From NCBI GenBank assembly GCA_963701665.1, contig OY969622.1:768001-832000 (forward strand): DNA of 64,000 bases. The letters are read 5' to 3'. This document shows, piece after piece, positions 61,216-64,000 of the stretch; the first letter of the stretch is position 1; each line of letters starts with the position of its first letter. The stretch is from Candidatus Babeliales bacterium. Lineage in GTDB: Bacteria > Babelota > Babeliae > Babelales > JANWKD01. Position numbers and translations under genes: made by a program. Below the pieces are notes generated by a model. That model ran no database searches and was not told the origin of the DNA. It saw only the letters and a program-made list of their open reading frames with translations.

Positions 61216-64000
61216 ATGAAGCAATCCCTCGTTTTCTATACTATTATAATGGGTGCTCTATTTTGCACTTCAGCAATGCCAATTTCGATGGATATGCTGT
61301 ATCAGCAAGACTTTACTCCTGATATTATTATTGACAGCGAATGTAAAAAATTCATTCAAACTATTATTGAAGAAGCGCTCATTGAAAATACGCAGGAACA
61401 ACTTTCTGAGGGATTATTAAAATGTTACGCAACAATTCAACGAGACCCTGAATGTTGCACGTTACCGCTTAATGATCTCATAGACGCTTTCCCTGAATTA
61501 GTAGCAAAATTAGAAGATAAACTTAAAGCCCCTCGTCCACAACAAGGCGGTCATGCTATTGTTGGCGGCAACACCATTGATTTTGGACCCATTATAGCCT
61601 TATTACTACGGCTAGAATTTCTCATCAATCAAATAAACCAAAGCTCTTGTTGTAACCAGATACTTTCTGACTTTCAGCAAACATGGACAATCCTTAATCA
61701 TCTTTCATTTACAACTTCCGTTGATCTTTCTCCTGTATTTACCGCACTCAACGCATGCTGCTCAAACATAACCTCGGAATTCCAGCAAACATGGACTATT
61801 CTTGCTAATCTCTCAGTTACTGCTACCGTGGATCTTTCTCCCGTGTTTACGGCGCTTAATGCATGCTGCTCAAACATAACCTCGGAATTCCAACAAACAT
61901 GGACTATACTAGCCAATCTCTCGATTACTGCCACAGTGGATCTTTCTTCTGTGTTTACAGTACTCAATGCGTGCTGCTCAAATATAAATTCTGAATTTCA
62001 ACAAACATGGACTATCTTAGCCTCCGGATTTAATGGAACTTTTAGCATACTTTCAAATCTTACTACTAGTACTGCCGATTTTGCTGCAACATGGACAATT
62101 TTAAATGCCGGATTCAATGGAACTTTCTCTGCGCTCAACGCATGCTGCTCAAACATAAATTCTGAATTCCAACAAACATGGTCAATTTTAGCTGCTGATT
62201 TTAATGGAACTTTTAGCACTATCGCAAACATTAATGTCGAAACAAATGGTACTTTTACTGCAATTGCTGATTTAAAAAACACTATCACCACAGACTTTGC
62301 TGCAACGTGGACAATTTTAAACGCTGGTTTCAATGGAACCTTCTCCGCTCTCAATGCTTGTTGCACAACTATAAATTCTGAATTTCAACAAACATGGTCA
62401 ATTTTAGCTGCTGATTTCAATGGAACTTTCTCCGCAATCAATGCAATAAACACAGACGCAAATGGCACCTTTAGCGCAATTGCTGATTTAACAACTACTA
62501 TCACCAATGATTTTGCTGCAACGTGGACTATGCTTAACGCTGGTTTTAATGGCACCTTCTCTGCTCTCAGCGCATGTTGCACAACTATAAATTCAGAATT
62601 CCAACGAACATGGACTATTTTAGCCGCCGGCTTTAATGGAACTTTCTCTGCAATCAATGCAATTAATATTGATGCAAATGGCACCTTCACTGCCTTAGCA
62701 GATTTAACAACTACTATCACCAATGACTTTGCTGCAACGTGGACTATGCTTAACGCTGGTTTTAATGGCACCTTCAGCGCACTTAACGCATGCTGCACGA
62801 ATATAAACTCTGAGTTTCAACAAACATGGACTATTTTAGCTGCTGATTTCAATGGCACATTCTCTGCAATTAATGCCATCACTTTTGATGCAAATGGTAC
62901 CTTCTCTGCGATTGCTGATTTGAAAAACACTATCACCAATGATTTTGTTGGTACGTGGACTATTCTTAACGCTGGATTCAATGGAACCTTTTCTGCACTC
63001 AATGCTTGCTGTACAACTATAAATTCTGAATTCCAACAAACGTGGACTATCCTAGCTGCTGATTTCAATGGCACATTCTCTGCAATTAATGCCATCACTA
63101 TTGATGCAAATGGCACCTTCTCTGCAATTGCTGATTTGAAAAACACTATCACTAATGACTTTACTGCAACATGGACAATTCTTAATGCTGGATTCAATGG
63201 GACTTTCTCTGCGCTCAACGCCTGTTGCACAACTATAAATTCTGAATTTCAACAAACTTGGACTATCCTAGCCGCCGGGTTTAATGGTACATTCTCTGCA
63301 ATTAATGCCATCACTATTGATGCAAATGGCACTCTTACTGCGTTAGCAGATTTAAAAAATACTATCACTAATGATTTTGCTGCAACATGGACAATTCTTA
63401 ATGCTGGATTCAATGGAACCTTCTCTGCACTCAATGCTTGCTGTACAACTATAAATTCTGAATTCCAACAAACGTGGACTATCCTAGCTGCTGATTTCAA
63501 TGGCACCTTCAGCGCTATCGCAAACATTATTCCCGAAGCAAACGGTACTTTCACTGCATTAGCAGATTTAAAAAATACTATCACCAACGACTTTGCTGCA
63601 ACGTGGACAATTCTTAATGCCGGCTTTAATGGAACTTTCAGCGCACTCAATGCCTGCTGCACAACTATAAATTCTGAATTTCAACAAACATGGACAATTT
63701 TAGGCGCTGGTTTCAATGGAACTTTCAGCGCTATCGCAAACATTAATGCCGAAGCGAATGGTACTTTTACTGCGTTAGCAGATTTAACAACTACTATAAC
63801 CAATGACTTTGCCGCAACGTGGACAATTCTTAATGCTGGATTCAATGGAACTTTCTCTGCGCTCAATGCTTGTTGCACAACTATAAACTCCGAATTTCAA
63901 CAAACATGGACTATCTTAGCTGCTGGTTTTAATGGAACTTTTAGTATACTTTCAAATCTTACTACTACGGTGACCAATGATTTTGCTGCAACGTGGACTA
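61216..64000 (+). CDS. second giant repetitive fibre-like protein (paralog; runs off window end)
   Basis: Missing from the ORF track because it has no stop in the window; manual translation MKQSLVFYTIIMGALFCTSA..DPECCTLPLNDLIDAFPELV.., same repeats, same frame at 63961 (TTTVTNDFAATWT). Confidence 0.9.
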   Translation, partial: MKQSLVFYTIIMGALFCTSAMPISMDMLYQQDFTPDIIIDSECKKFIQTIIEEALIENTQEQLSEGLLKCYATIQRDPECCTLPLNDLIDAFPELVAKLEDKLKAPRPQQGGHAIVGGNTIDFGPIIALLLRLEFLINQINQSSCCNQILSDFQQTWTILNHLSFTTSVDLSPVFTALNACCSNITSEFQQTWTILANLSVTATVDLSPVFTALNACCSNITSEFQQTWTILANLSITATVDLSSVFTVLNACCSNINSEFQQTWTILASGFNGTFSILSNLTTSTADFAATWTILNAGFNGTFSALNACCSNINSEFQQTWSILAADFNGTFSTIANINVETNGTFTAIADLKNTITTDFAATWTILNAGFNGTFSALNACCTTINSEFQQTWSILAADFNGTFSAINAINTDANGTFSAIADLTTTITNDFAATWTMLNAGFNGTFSALSACCTTINSEFQRTWTILAAGFNGTFSAINAINIDANGTFTALADLTTTITNDFAATWTMLNAGFNGTFSALNACCTNINSEFQQTWTILAADFNGTFSAINAITFDANGTFSAIADLKNTITNDFVGTWTILNAGFNGTFSALNACCTTINSEFQQTWTILAADFNGTFSAINAITIDANGTFSAIADLKNTITNDFTATWTILNAGFNGTFSALNACCTTINSEFQQTWTILAAGFNGTFSAINAITIDANGTLTALADLKNTITNDFAATWTILNAGFNGTFSALNACCTTINSEFQQTWTILAADFNGTFSAIANIIPEANGTFTALADLKNTITNDFAATWTILNAGFNGTFSALNACCTTINSEFQQTWTILGAGFNGTFSAIANINAEANGTFTALADLTTTITNDFAATWTILNAGFNGTFSALNACCTTINSEFQQTWTILAAGFNGTFSILSNLTTTVTNDFAATWT

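Noticed and set aside
57066..63878. Series of minus-strand ORFs (MQQALSAEKVPLNP...) repeating every 216 or 432 bp
   Set aside because: Antisense shadows of the repeats in the plus-strand fibre genes

Overview
AT-rich bacterial chromosome segment. Housekeeping genes (gltX, plsX-rpmF, gyrA-dprA, lepA, grpE, ssb, mnmA, argS, tsf-pyrH-frr, tRNA-Lys, tRNA-Leu-tig, trxB, rpmH-rnpA-yidD, thrS, nth, xerC-mrdA, rpsT, rpmB, ftsH, tolQRAB, cca) alternate with many signal-peptide-bearing orphan genes. The pattern suggests an intracellular associate of protists, possibly Candidatus Dependentiae/Babelota (TM6); this is inference only, since no rRNA is present. The strongest signal is a dispersed set of apparently exported proteins with eukaryotic motifs: a Skp1-like/WD40 fusion ending in CaaX, a BC-box/SOCS-like propeller protein ending in polybasic CaaX, three ankyrin proteins with acidic W-x-x-L/I (ATG8-binding-like) motifs, and Inc-like hydrophobic-hairpin proteins. 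Several have Met right after the predicted signal-peptide cleavage site. Also notable: an FtsH with two complete AAA+ modules, two giant fibre-like proteins with 72-aa Cys-Cys repeats, a VanX enzyme beside a catalytically dead copy, an NTF2 gene between duplicated argS upstream regions, a palindromic miniature element whose ends coincide with stop codons, and a one-base frameshift in gyrA. All family assignments come from reading motifs by eye; no database searches were run.
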